A stretch of 64,000 nucleotides of DNA from contig CP068257.2 of assembly GCA_009914755.4 (NCBI GenBank), positions 29,824,001 to 29,888,000 on the forward strand, in the 5' to 3' direction. The notes beneath the pieces were generated by a model, which was given only the letters and a program-made list of their open reading frames with translations, was not told the DNA's origin and ran no database searches. Below are positions 61,322-64,000 of the stretch, one piece after another. The stretch's first letter is position 1, and the number at the start of each line of letters is the position of its first letter. The translations under genes were made by a program, and so were the position numbers. The DNA is from the human T2T-CHM13v2.0 reference genome, Homo sapiens.

Positions 61322-61445
61322 GAGGGTCATGGCTCGTGCCTGTAATCCCAGCACTTTAGGAGGCCAGAACAGGAGAATCACTTGAGGCCAGGAGTTCAAG
61401 ACAGCCTGAGCAACATGACGAAACCCCGTCTCTGTAAATAAATAA
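61322..61445 (+). mobile_element. Free left Alu monomer (FLAM-like)
   Basis: gggtcatggctcgtgcctgtaatcccagcactttaggaggccagaacaggagaatcacttgaggccaggagttcaagacagcctgagcaacatgacgaaaccccgtctctgtaaataaataaa. Confidence 0.8.
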
Positions 61446-62338
61446 ATTGTTAAAACTTTAAAACGGTCCTATAATATAAAAATATTAATGGATGATACTA
61501 TTACTATGATTACTCATTGTGGAAGACTAAAACTGTCCCCAAAGTTATCCCCAGGCCCTAAAGAGGGAGGCAGAGGGAGAGTCCACGTAGATCTAAGAGA
61601 AGAAAACACACGCAGAAGAGGAAAAAGCTATGTGACCACAGCGGCAGAGATGGAGCAATACAGTCACAGGCCAAGGAATGCCGGTACCATGGTAGAATAT
61701 GAAACACCCAAATATGCCACTTTGGCTTAAGGAAAGTTTTGAATTAAAGACACTTAAACAACAGATGCAAGAAGGGCACTCTGACCTCCTTTTTCTTCCT
61801 GCAAGCCAGAAATAAAACCATGCAAAAGATGTCCTTCTTGTACCAGGAGGAAGGAAACTTTCTTATCAACAGAGATGGCGAGTCGAGGCCAAGAGAAATC
61901 TGTACAAACAAACCTTGTTAAACTAACCCTTATCTTCCTAGTCACTCCTCCATGATCAACTTCCTTAGCCCAAACCCCTCTGCCTAGCCACGTTTCCACA
62001 GTTTAATGCACTTGGTTCAAACAAGTATATGAGCTCTCAGCCCTCACCGCCCCTTCGAGTCTTCATTTTTCTCATGAACTTGTAAAAATAACTCAATAAA
62101 ATATGCATGCTTTTCTCCCGTTAATCTGTCTTTTGCTAGTCTAACATATAAGGCCTCAGCCAGAAATCCTAAGATGGGTAGAGGAAAAAGATCTCCCTCT
62201 CTCATACCAGAAGCTGGAGAGGCAAGGGTTCTCCCCTGGTGCCTTGGGTATGAGCATAGCCCTGCCAATTACAGTTGGGGCCAGTGGAACTCATTTGGGA
62301 CTTCTGGTCTCAGAACTTAAAAAGAATAAATGAGTGGG

Positions 62339-62652
<314 letters not shown>

Positions 62653-62990
62653 CTAAATGAGTGTTTTTTAAGCTACTGAATTTGTGGCTTAGGAAATGAA
62701 ATACCATCATCAGTCACTTCATCTTTTTCAACAATAATGCAGGCGAGCCAGTATCACCCCCACTGTAAGCACAGGAATGCTTACACTGGGAAGGTGGGGT
62801 GGCAGCTCACATCATGGAGATAGGACAAAGCCAGGTGCAAGCAATAGCAATCTGATCTTCCCAGCATGCCTGGCCGGCTCCAGTGAATCCACATGTTGCT
62901 TTCTGGCCTTTAGGGATAGCCTGGAAAACAATCACCCTGGTAACATTGTTTTTACAGAAAATGTAGTCTGGATTTCAAATAAAAGACAAA

Positions 62991-63596
<606 letters not shown>

Positions 63597-63597
63597 T

Positions 63598-64000
63598 TAA
63601 ACAGAATTACCACATGATCCAACAAATCCACTTCAGAGTAAACACCCAAAAGAAAGCAAGAAATTGAACAGATATTTGTACACCCGTTAACAACAGCCAA
63701 AAGATAGAAGTAACCCAAGCGTGCTTTGACGCATGAACAGATAAGCAAAAGGTGGCATATCCATACAATGGAATACTATTCAGCCTTAAAAGGGAAGGAA
63801 ATTCTGGCACGCACTGCAACACAGAACCCTAAAAACATCATGCTAAGAGAAATAAGCCAAAAAAGACAAATACTGTTAAGATTCCACTTACATGAGGTCC
63901 CTAGAGCAGTCGAATACATAGAGATAGAAAGTAGAATGGCGGTGCCAGGGCCTGGAGGGAGGGTGGAAATGGGAGTTATTGTTGAATGGGTACGGAGTTT
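63598..64000 (+). mobile_element. L1 (old L1M/L1PB-type) ORF2 C-terminus/3'UTR fragment, +, runs off the window
   Basis: aattaccacatgatccaacaaatccacttcagagtaaacacccaaaagaa...cagatatttgtacacccgttaacaacagccaaaag...caaaaggtggcatatccatacaatggaatactattcagccttaaaagggaaggaaattctgg...atgctaagagaaataagccaaaaaagacaaatactgttaagattccacttacatgaggtccctagagcagtcgaatacatagagatagaaagtagaatggcggtgccagggcctggagggagggtggaaatgggagttattgttgaatgggtacggagttt. Confidence 0.9.

Overview
This 64 kb window is primate (human-type) nuclear DNA, not prokaryotic. I found no operons, CRISPR arrays, rRNA or tRNA genes, or credible protein-coding genes. Roughly half of it is recognisable interspersed repeat. About 50 Alu SINE copies or fragments make up roughly 20-25% of the bases, with all their hallmarks (GGCCGGGCGCGGTGGCTCACGCCTGTAATCCCAGCA... 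starts, poly-A tails, flanking target-site duplications). The rest is MaLR LTRs (MLT1 and THE1/MST-like), MIR SINE relics, two old L1 3'-end fragments, one MADE1 mariner MITE, a few Tigger-type DNA-transposon relics, microsatellites and long Alu-tail-derived polypurine tracts. The ORFs in the six-frame track are almost all translations of Alu or low-complexity repeats: recurrent peptide motifs such as [20 protein letters not shown] and LLSSWDYR appear in both orientations, and I support none of them as genes. The window most likely lies in an intron or intergenic region of an Alu-rich, gene-dense chromosomal domain; I cannot name the locus from sequence alone. The points worth a second look are these: a MADE1 copy that folds into a miR-548-like hairpin; a composite Alu insertion with a 15-bp TSD that looks like a 5' transduction and carries a young AluY with intact CpGs and its own TSD; two Alu arrays that share or triplicate their target site; very long polypurine tracts (about 190 and 315 bp); a (GGAT)n STR; a splice-site-flanked open 104-nt segment whose donor comes from an Alu 5' end; and CpG-retaining unique blocks at about 14.7-15.3 kb and 53.1-54.1 kb. 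All coordinates are hand-counted and approximate to about ±10 bp.
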